This document shows, piece by piece, positions 26,093-37,625 of a DNA stretch of 64,000 nucleotides. The stretch is from the NCBI GenBank assembly GCA_965248835.1, contig CBDFLJ010000001.1, forward strand, positions 864,001 through 928,000, in the 5' to 3' direction. This stretch comes from Alphaproteobacteria bacterium. Lineage in GTDB: Bacteria; Pseudomonadota; Alphaproteobacteria; MPNO01. Positions within the stretch are counted from its first letter, which is position 1; each line of letters opens with the position of its first letter. Below the pieces are notes generated by a model. It was not told the origin of the DNA. It did not search any database and saw only the letters and a program-made list of their open reading frames with translations. A program made the position numbers and the translations under genes.

Positions 26093-29000
26093 TTATGCCG
26101 TTCGGCGTTCGGTATTGCGAATGTTGAACAGGATCGCGTACAGCGCCGGCACGACTACCAGGGTCAGCAATGTCGCGAAGCTCAGACCGAACACCAGCAC
26201 GACCGCCATGGAGCGGAAGAACGCGTCGCCGAACAGCGGCAGGACGCCGAGCACCGTGGTCAGCGTGCCGACCGCCACCGGCCGCAGCCGGCTCGCGGCG
26301 GAATCGATAATGGCATCGTAGCGCGGTTTGCCGTCCCCGATCTCGAAATCCATCTGGTCGACCATGACGATGGCGTTCTTGATGAGTAGGCCGGACAGCG
26401 ACAGGAGCCCCAGCAGCGCCATGAACTCCAGTGCGGTGTCGGTGATCAAAAGACCCGGCACGACGCCGATCAACGCCAGCGGCACCACCAACCAGATGAC
26501 CAGCGGCTGCCGCAGGGCGTTGAACAGCACGATCACCACCAGCACCATCGCGAGAAACCCCATGGGCAACGCGCTCATCAGGTTCGCGTTGGCCTCGGCG
26601 CTGTCCCCTTGTTCGCCACCCCATTGCAAGCGGTACCCCTCGGGCAATTCCATGGCTTCGATGCGCGGCCGCAGCCGGGCAAGGGTTTCCGAAGCCCGCT
26701 CACCCGGCGCGGGGTCGCATTGGGCGTTGATGGTCCAGGTCCGGTCGACGCGCTTGAGCCGGCCGTCCTGCCAGATGGTTTCGAAGCCGTCGACGACCTC
26801 GACCAGCGGTGTCACGCCGCCCGAGGCGCGGTTCGCGATCGGAATGCCCGCAATGCCGGCGGCGTCACGGCGTTCGCGCTTCGGCGCGCGAGAAATGATG
26901 GGAAGGAGCGTCTCGCCCTCCCGGAACACGCCGATCTTTCGACCCGAAAAGTTGGTGTTCAGCGCGTTGGCGAGATCCTCGCGGGACACGCCCAGAAGTC
27001 GGCCGCGGACCTCCGCGTAACGCGGCTGGATGACCGCCACCGGCGCGCGCCAGTCGTCCCGGATGGCGATGGCCCCGCCGTCGGCGGCCATGATCGCTTT
27101 GGCCTGGTTGGCGAGTCGGCGCAGCACCGCCGGGTCGGAGCCTGAAAACTCAGCTTCGATCTTCGCACCGCCGCCGGGGCCGAGCTGGAACTGCCACACC
27201 GTCGCCCGGGCATCGGGGTAGTTCGCATCGATCATGCCCTGGATGCGCGGCACCAATCCGGCGATACGCGTATGATCGTCCACTTTCACCAGCAGTTGCC
27301 CATAGGAGGCGTTTTCGGGCTGCGGCCCATAGACCAGCATGTACCGGAGACCCCCGGCGCCGATCAGGGTCTGCACCGCCTCGACACCCTCGAGCGCCGC
27401 AACACGGCCCTCCAGGGAGATCATGTCGTCGCGGGTCCGGGCGATGTCCGTGCCCTCGGAGAGCCAGTAGTCGACCACGATCTGCGGCGTGGTGGAAGCG
27501 GGGAAGAACCCTTCCTTGACGTGGGAGAACCCGAAGATCGAGACGGCGAACAGACCGGCTGCCGCGGCGATAACCACCCATCGGCCAGCCAGCACCCATC
27601 TTATGAGCGTCTTGTAGCCGCGTTGGAAAGCGCTTTCGCGGCGGGGGCGGGACGGCCCCGTATCGTTGTCCGAGAACAGCAGGTCGGCCAACAACGGAAC
27701 CGCGGTGACCGCGAACAGCCAACTGAACAACAAGGAGATCAGCACCACCCAGAACAGATGGCCGGTGTATTCGGCGGCACTGCCGGACGACAGTCCGATG
27801 GGCGCAAAGGCGGCGATGCCGACGATGGTGCCGCCGAGCAGCGGCCACTTCGTGCGATCGACGATCTCCTTGGCGATGTCGAGCTTCTTCCGGCCCCGCC
27901 GGATGCCGGTCAGAATGCCGTCGATGACGACGATCGCGTTGTCCACCAGCATGCCCAGCGCAATGATGAGCGCGCCCAGGGAAATCCGGTGCATGGGAAT
28001 GTCGACGGCGTACATCGTCGCCAGGGTCGCGGCGATGGTGAGCAGCAACACCCCGCCGATCACGATTGCCGGGCGCGCGCCCATGAACAGGAACAGCGTG
28101 GCCAGCACGATCACCAGTGCGGCGATGACGTTGAGGACGAAGTCCCATACGGCTTCGTCCACCACCTTGCCTTGATGGTAAAACGCGTTCACCTCGATAC
28201 CGATGGGGCGCTGCGCCAGAGTCTCCTGGAGCTTCACATCGACCGCCGCGCCCATTTTCGCGACGTTCGCGCCGGTGACGGCGGCAACCCCCAGCGCGAT
28301 CGCCGGTCGGCCGCGATAGCGGATGAGCCTGCGCGGCGGTTCGGCATAGTCCCTCACCACCGTCGCGATGTCGCCGAGACGCACCAGCACGCCGGCGGAT
28401 GCCGGCGACACGATGACGTTCTCGATCGCGGCCACGGATTCGACATCCCCGGACGGCAGGATCGCCAACCGCCGGTCGCCGACGCGCACATCGCCGGCCG
28501 GCGCAACGGAATTCTGCGCCGCCAGATCGGCGTAAACGCGGTCCACCGAGACGCCGAGTGCGGAGGCGCGGTCCCGCGAGATCTCGATGTAAATGGCCTC
28601 GGTCTGTTCCCCGAGGATGGCGACCTTGCCGACATCGGCAACGGCGAGCAGGTCGGTGCGCAGCGATTTGGCGTATTGGTGAAGTTCCCGCGCAGAAAAC
28701 CCCTCTCCGGTGATCAGGTAATGCAGACCGTAGACGTCGCCGAACCCGTCGTTGACGACGGGTTCCAGCGCCCCCGGCGGCAGTTCTTTCCGTGCGTCGC
28801 GGATGCGGTTTCGCAGCTTGCCCCAGACCGCGTCGAGATCGGCCCGGCTGCGCGAAAACGCGTATTTGATGTCGACGTTGATGCTGGAAAGTCCGATCGA
28901 CGAGGTGGAGACAATCTCATCGACTTCCTGCAACTCCTGGATTGCCGTCTCGAGCGTCTCGGTGACCTCGTTGGCAACCTCCAGCGCGGTAGCACCGGGG

Positions 29001-29152
29001 TACGGGGTGACCACCACGGCGGTGCGAATGATGAACTCCGGATCCTCGAGCCGCGCCATGTTCAAGTAGGCGTGCCAGCCGCCAACCAAGACGCCGGCGA
29101 TGACGAGGGCGCCGATCAGCCGGTTGCGAATGGCGAGTTCCGCGAGGTTCAC
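26093..29152 (-). CDS. RND efflux permease (AcrB/AcrD/AcrF family)
   Basis: RLEDPEF, PGATALEV, ALGMLVDNAIV, IKNAIV..D, RLRP; GTG start overlaps the MFP stop. Confidence 0.94.
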   Translation of the reverse strand: MNLAELAIRNRLIGALVIAGVLVGGWHAYLNMARLEDPEFIIRTAVVVTPYPGATALEVANEVTETLETAIQELQEVDEIVSTSSIGLSSINVDIKYAFSRSRADLDAVWGKLRNRIRDARKELPPGALEPVVNDGFGDVYGLHYLITGEGFSARELHQYAKSLRTDLLAVADVGKVAILGEQTEAIYIEISRDRASALGVSVDRVYADLAAQNSVAPAGDVRVGDRRLAILPSGDVESVAAIENVIVSPASAGVLVRLGDIATVVRDYAEPPRRLIRYRGRPAIALGVAAVTGANVAKMGAAVDVKLQETLAQRPIGIEVNAFYHQGKVVDEAVWDFVLNVIAALVIVLATLFLFMGARPAIVIGGVLLLTIAATLATMYAVDIPMHRISLGALIIALGMLVDNAIVVIDGILTGIRRGRKKLDIAKEIVDRTKWPLLGGTIVGIAAFAPIGLSSGSAAEYTGHLFWVVLISLLFSWLFAVTAVPLLADLLFSDNDTGPSRPRRESAFQRGYKTLIRWVLAGRWVVIAAAAGLFAVSIFGFSHVKEGFFPASTTPQIVVDYWLSEGTDIARTRDDMISLEGRVAALEGVEAVQTLIGAGGLRYMLVYGPQPENASYGQLLVKVDDHTRIAGLVPRIQGMIDANYPDARATVWQFQLGPGGGAKIEAEFSGSDPAVLRRLANQAKAIMAADGGAIAIRDDWRAPVAVIQPRYAEVRGRLLGVSREDLANALNTNFSGRKIGVFREGETLLPIISRAPKRERRDAAGIAGIPIANRASGGVTPLVEVVDGFETIWQDGRLKRVDRTWTINAQCDPAPGERASETLARLRPRIEAMELPEGYRLQWGGEQGDSAEANANLMSALPMGFLAMVLVVIVLFNALRQPLVIWLVVPLALIGVVPGLLITDTALEFMALLGLLSLSGLLIKNAIVMVDQMDFEIGDGKPRYDAIIDSAASRLRPVAVGTLTTVLGVLPLFGDAFFRSMAVVLVFGLSFATLLTLVVVPALYAILFNIRNTERRTA

Positions 29153-30225
29153 GGCTGGTAACGGCGAATCCGCATGCCTTCGTGCAGGAAGGAGCCCCCC
29201 GCCGCGACCACGGTTTCGCCCGCCGTCAGGCCGTCCATCACCGGCAGCGTTTTGCCGACGCCGACACCCAAGGTTACTGCCCGTTTCGACACCGTCATGG
29301 AATCGACATCCACCACCCATACGTAACGGGCATCGGCTTCGCTCAGGATGGCTTCAAGGGGTACGACGACCTGGGTTTCGCCGGCTAAGGCCAACGTCGT
29401 GCGCACGGCGCCGGTCATGCCCGGCAGGACGACCAGATCCTCCGGCGGCGTGAACGCAAAACGCGCCTCGAAAGTTTGCTGGACGGGGTCGGCCCGCGTT
29501 GCGACGGCGTGAAAGCGGGCGGGGATGGGCGTATCGGGAGCGGCATCGAGCACCGCCACCGTTTCCAGCGGCTCGATGCCGCCCGACCTCGCCATCAGGG
29601 TCGCCGGTATCTGGATTACGGCGTCCGCGGTTCCGATGGTTTGCAGCGTGACCACCACCTGCTGCGGCGTGACGTTCTGGAATGCCTCGATATGCACCGC
29701 CGCGACGATGCCCGCGAACGGAGAGCGCAGCACACTGTCGTCGAGTCGCTTACGCGCGGTCTTGAGGGCAGCGGCCGTGAGGTCGCGCTTGGTTTTTCTC
29801 TGGTCATGCGCCGCCCGCGAAATCGAGCCTTTGACAATCAGGAGCGCCGCGCGCTGGAATTCGCGTTCGGCGGCTTCATGGTTGGCTTGCGCCGTGGTCA
29901 GTTCGATCCGCAAATCGCGCTGGTCCAGGCGCGCGATCTCGGCGCCCTCCGCGACCCGTTCCCCTTCGCGCACCGCGATGGCCGACACCAGTCCCGGCAA
30001 TTGAAATCCGAGTTCGGCCGAAGCCGAAGCCTCGATGATTGCCGGCAGGCTGATCGTCCTTACGTTCTCTGCGGCCGCGATTGTGAAGAGCTTGGCAGGC
30101 CGGACCGGTGCCTTGGCCGGTTTCTCGGGTTCCTCGGAGCAGGCGGCCAATGCCAGCAACACCGCCGAGAGGCAACCAAGCCAGGTCCGCCAGCCAAGCA
30201 TGGACAGGTAATCCGTGATCCGCAT
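29149..30225 (-). CDS. RND periplasmic adaptor (membrane fusion lipoprotein)
   Basis: Lipobox LAAC, V.EGERV..G..IARLD, LRSPFAG, LPGMT, GL..GE.VV.AG. Confidence 0.92.
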   Translation of the reverse strand: MRITDYLSMLGWRTWLGCLSAVLLALAACSEEPEKPAKAPVRPAKLFTIAAAENVRTISLPAIIEASASAELGFQLPGLVSAIAVREGERVAEGAEIARLDQRDLRIELTTAQANHEAAEREFQRAALLIVKGSISRAAHDQRKTKRDLTAAALKTARKRLDDSVLRSPFAGIVAAVHIEAFQNVTPQQVVVTLQTIGTADAVIQIPATLMARSGGIEPLETVAVLDAAPDTPIPARFHAVATRADPVQQTFEARFAFTPPEDLVVLPGMTGAVRTTLALAGETQVVVPLEAILSEADARYVWVVDVDSMTVSKRAVTLGVGVGKTLPVMDGLTAGETVVAAGGSFLHEGMRIRRYQP

Positions 30226-30320
30226 GCCCTCCCTATACCGCACCTGCTCCCGTCGTTGTCCCTTCCGAGTCCGGTCTGCTGGAGCGAACACGCCGAACCG
30301 GTGAGGTGCGCCGTTTGTTA

Positions 30321-32672
30321 TCAGCACTGTTCCAAGGTGGTCAACAGGCGCGGCCCGGCGTCCGCAATCGCCCGCCAGACGGTCTCGGGCGCGGCCGGCA
30401 TCGCAAGCTCGTCTATGCCGAGGGGAGCCAGGGCGTCGAGGACGGCGCTGGTCACCGCCGGCAGCGCGCCGACCGTTCCGGCCTCGCCGGCGCCCTTGAC
30501 GCCGAGCGGGTTGGTCTCGGTCGGGACCGGGTTGGCCGCGACCTTGATCGCACAGATGTCGCTCGCCCGGGGCATGGCGTAGTCCATGAACGAGCCCGAG
30601 AGGTTCTGGCCCGACCCGGGATCGAAGACCACGCGCTCCATGACCGCCTGGCCCAGGCCCTGGGCGACGCCGCCGTGGATCTGGCCCTTCAGCAGGAGCG
30701 GGTTGAGCACGGTGCCGACATCATCGACGACGCTGTAATCGACCACCTCGACGGCACCGGTCTCGGGGTCGATCTCGACCTCGCAGACGTGGCAACCGTT
30801 GGGAAAATTCTCAACCTTCGAGACGTAGCCCGCGCCCATCTCGAAGCCGGGCTCGAAGCCCGGCGGCAGACGACGCGGCTGGTAGGCCGCCTCGGCAATG
30901 TCCTTGAACGCAACCGCGCGGTCGGTGCCGGCGATGCGGAAGGTTCCATCGGCCGGCTCGAGGTCGGCCTCGGCGGCCTCCAGAAGATGAGCGGCGATGG
31001 TCCGCGCCCGCGCATGCGCCTTCTCGGCCACGGCCAGGACGGCCGAGCCGCCCATGGTCGCCGAGCGTGAACCGCCGGTGCCGCCGCCGATTGCAAGCGC
31101 GTCGGAATCGCCTTCCTCGATGCGGATGTCCCCGGGCGCCAGACCCAGGGTCTGGCAGGCGATCTGCTTGTATATCGTCTCGTGGCCCTGGCCCTGGCTG
31201 ATCGTGCCGACCTTGATGGTTGCGGTTCCGGTGGGATCGAGCCTGAAAACCGCGCGCTCCTGGCTCGGCGCGCCGGCACGCTCGATGGTGTTGGAGACAC
31301 CCAGTCCGCGCAGCTTGCCGCGCGTCTTGGCCGCGGCGCGGCGGGATTCGAATCCGGCGTGTCCGGCGAGCGCGAGCGCGCCGTCGAGGTTGTCTTCGAA
31401 CCGGCCGCAATCGTACTTGAAGACCAGCCCGGTCTGGAACGGCATCGCGCTCTCGGGGATGGTGTTCTGGCGTCTGAGATCCACAGGGTCGCGGCCGATC
31501 CGGCGGGCCGCCGCGTCGATCAGCGCTTCGATGACGAAGGCTGCCTCGGGCCGGCCGGCGCCGCGATAGGGGCAGGTCGGGTTTGTGTTGGTGAAAACGC
31601 CCGTGGTCTCGACGTGAATCGCAGGCGTGAGGTAGGTGCCGGCCAGCGTGCCGAGATTCGCCGTCGCCGGGCCGCCGGCCGAGCTCGCGACATAGGCGCC
31701 GATATTGACCCGCGTGCGCACCCGCATCGCCAGGAAGTTGCCCGCCCCGTCGAGCGCCAGGGCGGCATCGGTGACGTTGTCGCGGCCCTGGTGGTCGCTG
31801 ATCAGCCCCTCGGAGCGCTCGCAGGTCCATTTGACCGGCCGGCCGAGGATCTCCGAGGCCCATTGCACGAGGATCTGTTCGGGGTACATCCCGCCGCGCA
31901 GCCCGAAGCTGCCGCCGACATCGCGGGCGACCACCCTGGTACGGGTCTCGGGCACGCCGAAGATTGCCTCCGCCATCGCCCGGCGGAGCTGGTGCGGGTA
32001 GTGCACGCCGGAGTGGAGCGTGTAGCGCTCCTCCCCCCGGTCGTAATCGCCGATGAACGCGCGCGGCTCCATGGTGTTCGAGGTGACGCGGGTGATCACG
32101 AAGCGCCGCTCGACGACATGGGCGGCTGCGGCGAACGCCGCCTCGACGGCGTCACGGTCGCCGAGGCGGTGGGCGAAGCATTCGTTGTCCGGCGCTTCGT
32201 CCCACACCGCTGGCGTTCCCGGCGCATCGGCGATCGCGGTATCGGTGTTGGCCGGCAGCGGCGCGTAGTCGACCGCAATCGCCTCGACCGCGTCCTTGGC
32301 CTGGTCGAGGGTTTCGGCGATGACCATCGCCACCGCCTCGCCGACATGGCGGGCGCGGCCGTGCGCGAGCGGCAGGAAGGGCGGGCGCGCCATCGTCTCG
32401 CCGTCTCGGCGCTTGAGCACGATCTGGGTCGGGATCGACCCGTTGCCCGAGGCGGCGTAGTCGGCCCCGGTCAGCACCGCCAGCACGCCTGGCATGGAAG
32501 CGGCCGCCGCGGTGTCTATCGTGCGGATCTCCGCGTGCGCATGGGGCGAGCGCAGGAAATGCGCGCGCGCCATCCGGGGCAGTGCGATGTCGTCGACATA
32601 TCGCCCGCCACCGGACAGCAGGCGAGGATCCTCCGTCCGCGGGATCGCATTGCCCACATCGAACTCGCCCAT
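30321..32672 (-). CDS. xanthine dehydrogenase/CoxL family molybdopterin-binding subunit
   Basis: R.ED.RLL.G.G.YVDD, RSPHAHA, GGSFG, PYRGAGRPE, QGQGHET, GQIHGGVAQG.GQ, KGAGEAG. Confidence 0.93.
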   Translation of the reverse strand: MGEFDVGNAIPRTEDPRLLSGGGRYVDDIALPRMARAHFLRSPHAHAEIRTIDTAAAASMPGVLAVLTGADYAASGNGSIPTQIVLKRRDGETMARPPFLPLAHGRARHVGEAVAMVIAETLDQAKDAVEAIAVDYAPLPANTDTAIADAPGTPAVWDEAPDNECFAHRLGDRDAVEAAFAAAAHVVERRFVITRVTSNTMEPRAFIGDYDRGEERYTLHSGVHYPHQLRRAMAEAIFGVPETRTRVVARDVGGSFGLRGGMYPEQILVQWASEILGRPVKWTCERSEGLISDHQGRDNVTDAALALDGAGNFLAMRVRTRVNIGAYVASSAGGPATANLGTLAGTYLTPAIHVETTGVFTNTNPTCPYRGAGRPEAAFVIEALIDAAARRIGRDPVDLRRQNTIPESAMPFQTGLVFKYDCGRFEDNLDGALALAGHAGFESRRAAAKTRGKLRGLGVSNTIERAGAPSQERAVFRLDPTGTATIKVGTISQGQGHETIYKQIACQTLGLAPGDIRIEEGDSDALAIGGGTGGSRSATMGGSAVLAVAEKAHARARTIAAHLLEAAEADLEPADGTFRIAGTDRAVAFKDIAEAAYQPRRLPPGFEPGFEMGAGYVSKVENFPNGCHVCEVEIDPETGAVEVVDYSVVDDVGTVLNPLLLKGQIHGGVAQGLGQAVMERVVFDPGSGQNLSGSFMDYAMPRASDICAIKVAANPVPTETNPLGVKGAGEAGTVGALPAVTSAVLDALAPLGIDELAMPAAPETVWRAIADAGPRLLTTLEQC

Positions 32673-32768
32673 TGCGTCGCGCCTTGCCGGTGCCCCGGGC
32701 GTGGCCGCGCCGGGATGCAGTGGTCTAGAATGCTCCGCTCCAGGATAACACGACACGGGAGAACGAGG

Positions 32769-33515
32769 GTGAAACTGGAAGGGCAAGTCGCGATCGTCAC
32801 CGGCGGCGGGCGCAATATCGGCGAGCGCATCGCCGAGGTTCTGGCCGGCGAAGGCGCCCGGATCGCGCTGGTCGATCTCGACCGCGCGCGCGCCGAACAG
32901 GCGGCCAGGAAGCTCACCGACGCGGGGCACGAGGCCGAAGCCTTCGTCGCCGACGTCTCCATGGACGACGACGTGGCCTCGCTGATCGCAGCGATCGTCG
33001 AGCGCTTCGGGCGGATCGACATCCTGGTCAACAACGTCGCGATCTCCGACAACCGCCACATCCTGGAGATCACCGAGCAGGAATGGGACGACACCATCCG
33101 CGTGACCTTGAAAGCCCCCTTCCTGATGACCAGGCATGCCGCCCGGCGCATGGTCGAGCAGGGCTCCGGCGGCAAGATCGTCAATATCGGCTCGACCTCG
33201 GGCTACCGCGGCCGCGGCAGCGCAGTGGCCTACTCGGCGGCCAAGGGCGGGGTCGCGAACCTCACCCGGGCGCTCGCCTTCCAGCTCGCCCCGCACGGCA
33301 TCCGGGTCAATTCGGTGTCGCCCAACCGTACCGGCTCGCCGGTCGGACGGCAGGACGTCGACCCGAACCGCTACTTCAAGAATCTGGTCAACCGCGCCGG
33401 CCAGCCCGATGACACCGCCCAGGTGGTGCTGTTCCTGTGCACCGAGGAGGCGAGCTTCATCTGCGGCGAGAACATCTTCGCGGACGGCGGGGTGATGGCG
33501 ATGGAGGCCGGCTAG
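32769..33515 (+). CDS. short-chain dehydrogenase/reductase
   Basis: TGGGRNIG, DILVNN, YSAAK, IRVNSVSP; GTG start. Confidence 0.93.
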   Translation: MKLEGQVAIVTGGGRNIGERIAEVLAGEGARIALVDLDRARAEQAARKLTDAGHEAEAFVADVSMDDDVASLIAAIVERFGRIDILVNNVAISDNRHILEITEQEWDDTIRVTLKAPFLMTRHAARRMVEQGSGGKIVNIGSTSGYRGRGSAVAYSAAKGGVANLTRALAFQLAPHGIRVNSVSPNRTGSPVGRQDVDPNRYFKNLVNRAGQPDDTAQVVLFLCTEEASFICGENIFADGGVMAMEAG

Positions 33516-33592
33516 GGCATGTCCGGATCGGGGCGGGCCGGGCCAGTCCCGCGCGGTCCTCCTCTGTTTCACGAAATTCCAGGGAGGACGCG

Positions 33593-34597
33593 ATGATCAT
33601 CGACATCTTCACCCATGTCTTTCCGCAGCCGGTGCTCGAGCGCATGGAGGCGATCTCGCCAACGTTCGGCTGGATGGGCCCGCGGATCCGCAACATGCGC
33701 GACCTCTACGAGCTCGACCGGCGCTTCCGGGTGATGGACGAGGCAGGCGAGTACGTACAGATCATCTCGCTGGCGAGCCCACCGCTGGAGGAGGTGGCAA
33801 GCGGCGAGACGGCGGCCGAGCTCGCGCGGATCGCCAACGACGCGATGGCCGAACTGGTCGAGCGCCACCGCGACCGCTTCCCGGGCTTCGTCGCCTCGGT
33901 CTCGCTCGACGACGTGGACAGCGGGCTCGCCGAGATCCACCGCGCGGTCGGCGAACTCGGCGCGCGCGGCGTCCAGCTCTTCACCGACGTCGACGGCAAG
34001 CCGCTCGACGATCCGGCCTACGATCCGGTGTTCGGCACCATGGCGGCGCTCGGCCGGCCGATCTGGCTGCACCCGACGCGCTCGCCGGAATTGGCCGATT
34101 TCTCGGGCGAGGACGAATCACGCTTCGACCTGTGGCTGGTCCTCGGTTGGCCCTACGCGACCGCGGCGACGATGATCCGGCTCGTGGTCTCCGGCTTGTT
34201 CGACCGCCACCCGGGGATCCGGATCCTGACCCACCACATGGGCGGCATGATCCCGTTTCACGAGACGCGGATCGAAGGCGCGATGGCCCGTATGGCCGCC
34301 GCGGACAGCGGCGAAGGGGGCGATCGGCCCTACATGCGCCGCGCGCCGCTCGAGCAGCTCAAGGCCTTCTATGCCGACACCGCCATGCACGGCGCGCTCG
34401 AGGCGAGGCGCTGCGGGATGGCGTTCTTCGGCGCCAACAACTCGGTCTTCGCCACCGACCACCCGTTCGGCTCGATCCGCAGAGGCCTCGACATGGTCGA
34501 GCGGCTGGAGCTGGACGACCGCGCGAGGCAGAAACTGGTCCGCGGCAACGCCGAGCGGTTCATGGGCGGGCCGCCGATCGGCGGCCCGGCCGGTTGA
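33593..34597 (+). CDS. amidohydrolase_2 family protein (ACMSD/decarboxylase-hydratase-like)
   Basis: IDIFTH, ARIAND, PIWLHP, THHMGGMIPF, FYADTA, FATDHPF; GGGAGG RBS. Confidence 0.88.
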   Translation: MIIDIFTHVFPQPVLERMEAISPTFGWMGPRIRNMRDLYELDRRFRVMDEAGEYVQIISLASPPLEEVASGETAAELARIANDAMAELVERHRDRFPGFVASVSLDDVDSGLAEIHRAVGELGARGVQLFTDVDGKPLDDPAYDPVFGTMAALGRPIWLHPTRSPELADFSGEDESRFDLWLVLGWPYATAATMIRLVVSGLFDRHPGIRILTHHMGGMIPFHETRIEGAMARMAAADSGEGGDRPYMRRAPLEQLKAFYADTAMHGALEARRCGMAFFGANNSVFATDHPFGSIRRGLDMVERLELDDRARQKLVRGNAERFMGGPPIGGPAG

Positions 34598-34636
34598 ACC
34601 GCGCCAGGGCTCAGGCGGCCCGGTCCGTCGCGCCCG

Positions 34637-35437
34637 TCACCCGCGGTGCTCGGCGCTCGCACACAGCTTCCGGACGACCGCGCACAGACGTGCCAGGTCC
34701 TCGGCGCGCGAAAGCCGGTGATCGCCGTCGTCGACCAGCAGCACCTTGACGTCCTTGCTCAGCACCTTCTCGGCGATCCGCGCGGCGGTCATCCACGGGA
34801 CATCGGTATCCCGCTTGCCGTGCAGCAGACGGATCGGGCAGTGGATCGAGATCGGTCGGCGCAGCAGCAGATGGTTCCGGCCCTCTTCGATCAGCGGGTA
34901 GCTGATCGGGCAGGGCTCCTCGTCGTAGCCGGACGGCTCGTAACGGACGCCGTTCTCGATCAGCCCGGTGCGCGCGGCCATGTCGTAGCGCGCCCATATC
35001 AGGTCTTCGGTGAAATCCGGCGCGGCGGCCACGCCCAGCAGCCCCGCCACCCGGTCCGGCCGGGCGAGCGCGGCCAGCAGCATGATCCAGCCGCCCATCG
35101 AGGAGCCGACGAGAATCTGGCGGTCTTCGGTCAGCGAATCGAGAACCGCGAGGGCATCATCGCACCAGCGGCCGATCGTGCCGTCGACAAACTCGCCGGA
35201 AGACCGGCCGTGGCCGAAATAGTCGAACCTGACATAGGCGCGGCCGTCTTGGCGGCAGGCAGCCTCCAGCGCCGCCGCCTTGGTGCCGGTCATGTCGGAA
35301 CGGAACCCGCCGAGGAAGACGACACCGGGGTTCTTGCCGTCGAGGCGCCGGTAGGCGATTGCCGCGCCATCGGTCCGCTTCAGGATCGCCGGTGCGTCGC
35401 GCCCATCATCTGTCTCAGGCGGCAGCTCTGTGGTCAT
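34637..35437 (-). CDS. alpha/beta hydrolase
   Basis: [46 protein letters not shown]. Confidence 0.92.
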   Translation of the reverse strand: MTTELPPETDDGRDAPAILKRTDGAAIAYRRLDGKNPGVVFLGGFRSDMTGTKAAALEAACRQDGRAYVRFDYFGHGRSSGEFVDGTIGRWCDDALAVLDSLTEDRQILVGSSMGGWIMLLAALARPDRVAGLLGVAAAPDFTEDLIWARYDMAARTGLIENGVRYEPSGYDEEPCPISYPLIEEGRNHLLLRRPISIHCPIRLLHGKRDTDVPWMTAARIAEKVLSKDVKVLLVDDGDHRLSRAEDLARLCAVVRKLCASAEHRG

Positions 35438-35666
35438 TCGCGATCGGGGGTCATGGACGTGGTCGATTCTCGACCTCGGGACCCTAGCATCGAACCCCAA
35501 GGCGTGGAAGCCGGCCCCCTATGATCCTCCGGTTCCGGCCGGCGCATGTGCGCGGCCGCGCGCCAGATCCACGACGCGGTGCCGAAACGGCCGGTCTCGC
35601 TTGTCCTTGCGTCCGGATTGCGTTAAATGCCGGCGGCTTTCCTCGTTGCGAAATTCGATCGAGCTG

Positions 35667-37625
35667 ATGTCAATCGCCGAGCAAGAAACGAGTCCGGGCG
35701 TCGCGATCACCCTGCCCGACGGCTCCGTCAAGACCTTCGACCGACCGGCCAGCGGCGCCGACATCGCCGCCTCGATCGGACCCGGCTTGGCGAAGGCCGC
35801 GATCGCGGTAAAAATCGACGGGGTTGTCCGCGACCTCGACCTGCCGATCGCGGGTGCGGCCGCGGTAGAGGTCGTCACCCGAAAATCCGAAGAAGCGCTG
35901 GAGCTGATCCGCCACGACGCCGCCCATGTGATGGCCGAAGCCGTCCAGGCGCTCTATCCCGGAACGCAGGTCACCATCGGACCGGCAATCGAGAACGGGT
36001 TCTATTACGACTTCGCGCGCCCGACGCCGTTCTCGACCGATGACCTCGCCGACATCGAAGCCAGGATGCGCGAGATCATCGCCGCCGACGTGCCGATCGT
36101 GCGCGAGGTGTGGAACCGCAACGACGCGGTCGCCCACTTCAAGGCGCAGGGCGAGGCCTACAAGGCCGAGATCATCGAAGGCCTGCCGGCGGAGGACAAG
36201 GTGACGGTCTATCGGCAGGGCGACTGGCTCGACCTGTGCCGCGGCCCGCACATGCCGTCCACCGGCCATGTCGGCAGCGGGTTCAAGCTGCTCAAGGTCG
36301 CCGGCGCCTATTGGCGCGGCGATTCGGACAACGAGATGTTGCAGCGCATTTACGGCACCGCGTGGCGCGACGACAGGGAGCTCAAGGCCTATCTCCACCG
36401 GCTCGAGGAGGCGGAGAGGCGCGACCACCGCCGGCTCGGCCGCGAGATGGGCCTGTTTCATTTCCAGGAGGAGGCCCCCGGCGCGGCGTTCTGGCATCCC
36501 AAGGGCTGGACGCTTTATCGCCGGCTGGTCGAGTACATGCGCACGCGCCAGGAGCGCGGCGGGTATGTCGAGGTCTCCACGCCCGAGCTGATGGACCGCG
36601 GGCTGTGGGAACGCTCGGGCCATTGGGAGACCTTCCGCGAGCACATGTTCATTACCGAGACCGAGGACGGCCGGCATTACGCAGTCAAGCCGATGAACTG
36701 CCCCGGCTGCGTCCAGATCTTCAAGCAGGGCACCCGCAGCTACCGCGATCTGCCGCTCAGGATCGCGGAGTTCGGCAAGGTCCACCGCTACGAGCCCTCG
36801 GGCGCGCTGCACGGGCTGATGCGGGTGCGCGCCTTCGCCCAGGACGATGCGCACATCTTCTGCACGCCGGAGCAGATGGAATCGGAATGCCGCATCGTGA
36901 TCGCGCTGATCCTCGACATCTATCGCGATTTCGGCTTCGAGGACGTCCGCATCAAGTTCTCCGACCGGCCGGAGAAGCGCATCGGCTCCGATGAGGTCTG
37001 GGACCGCCTGGAGGGCGCGTTGAAGGGTGCGCTCGAGGGCATGGGCTTCGACTACACGGTCAACCCCGGCGAGGGAGCGTTCTACGGCCCCAAGCTGGAG
37101 TTCGTGCTGCGCGATGCGATCGGCAGGGATTGGCAGTGCGGCACGCTGCAGGTCGACCTCAACCTGCCCGAACGGCTCGACGCCAGCTATGTCGGCGAGG
37201 ACGGCGGGCGCCATCGGCCGGTGATGCTGCACCGGGCGCTGTTCGGCTCGTTCGAGCGCTTCATCGGCATCCTGCTGGAGCACTATGCCGGCCGGCTGCC
37301 GCTGTGGCTCGCGCCCGAGCAGGTGGTCGTGGCCACGATCACCTCCGATGCCGATGATTACGCCGGCGAGGTCGTTGCCGCGGCCCGAGCGGCGGGGCTG
37401 CGCGCGGTGCCCGACCTGCGCAACGAGAAGATCGGCTACAAGGTGCGCGAGCACTCCGTGGCCAAGGTCCCGGTCATGCTGATCGTCGGCCGCAATGAGG
37501 TTGCCGGACGCCAGGTCGCGGTCCGCCGCCTCGGTGCCAGGGACCAAGAAGTCCTTGCGCTGGAAAGTGCGATCGATAGACTGAGGTCGATTGCCGCCAG
37601 TCCGCTCGAAAAACAGGACACGTGA
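35667..37625 (+). CDS. thrS: threonine--tRNA ligase
   Basis: TGS domain, [51 protein letters not shown]. Confidence 0.98.
   Translation: MSIAEQETSPGVAITLPDGSVKTFDRPASGADIAASIGPGLAKAAIAVKIDGVVRDLDLPIAGAAAVEVVTRKSEEALELIRHDAAHVMAEAVQALYPGTQVTIGPAIENGFYYDFARPTPFSTDDLADIEARMREIIAADVPIVREVWNRNDAVAHFKAQGEAYKAEIIEGLPAEDKVTVYRQGDWLDLCRGPHMPSTGHVGSGFKLLKVAGAYWRGDSDNEMLQRIYGTAWRDDRELKAYLHRLEEAERRDHRRLGREMGLFHFQEEAPGAAFWHPKGWTLYRRLVEYMRTRQERGGYVEVSTPELMDRGLWERSGHWETFREHMFITETEDGRHYAVKPMNCPGCVQIFKQGTRSYRDLPLRIAEFGKVHRYEPSGALHGLMRVRAFAQDDAHIFCTPEQMESECRIVIALILDIYRDFGFEDVRIKFSDRPEKRIGSDEVWDRLEGALKGALEGMGFDYTVNPGEGAFYGPKLEFVLRDAIGRDWQCGTLQVDLNLPERLDASYVGEDGGRHRPVMLHRALFGSFERFIGILLEHYAGRLPLWLAPEQVVVATITSDADDYAGEVVAAARAAGLRAVPDLRNEKIGYKVREHSVAKVPVMLIVGRNEVAGRQVAVRRLGARDQEVLALESAIDRLRSIAASPLEKQDT

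Noticed and set aside
30321-32672. Aerobic CO dehydrogenase
   Set aside because: No form I AYxCSFR motif and no coxM/coxS or accessory genes; only a family-level call is supported.
30321-33572. Apparent large fusions or N-terminal extensions in the ORF track (1083 aa here, 1229 aa at 7430, 1163 aa at 52613, 658 aa at 47887, 777 aa at 31182)
   Set aside because: The extensions overlap other real genes; family similarity begins at internal starts with an RBS or coupling overlap.
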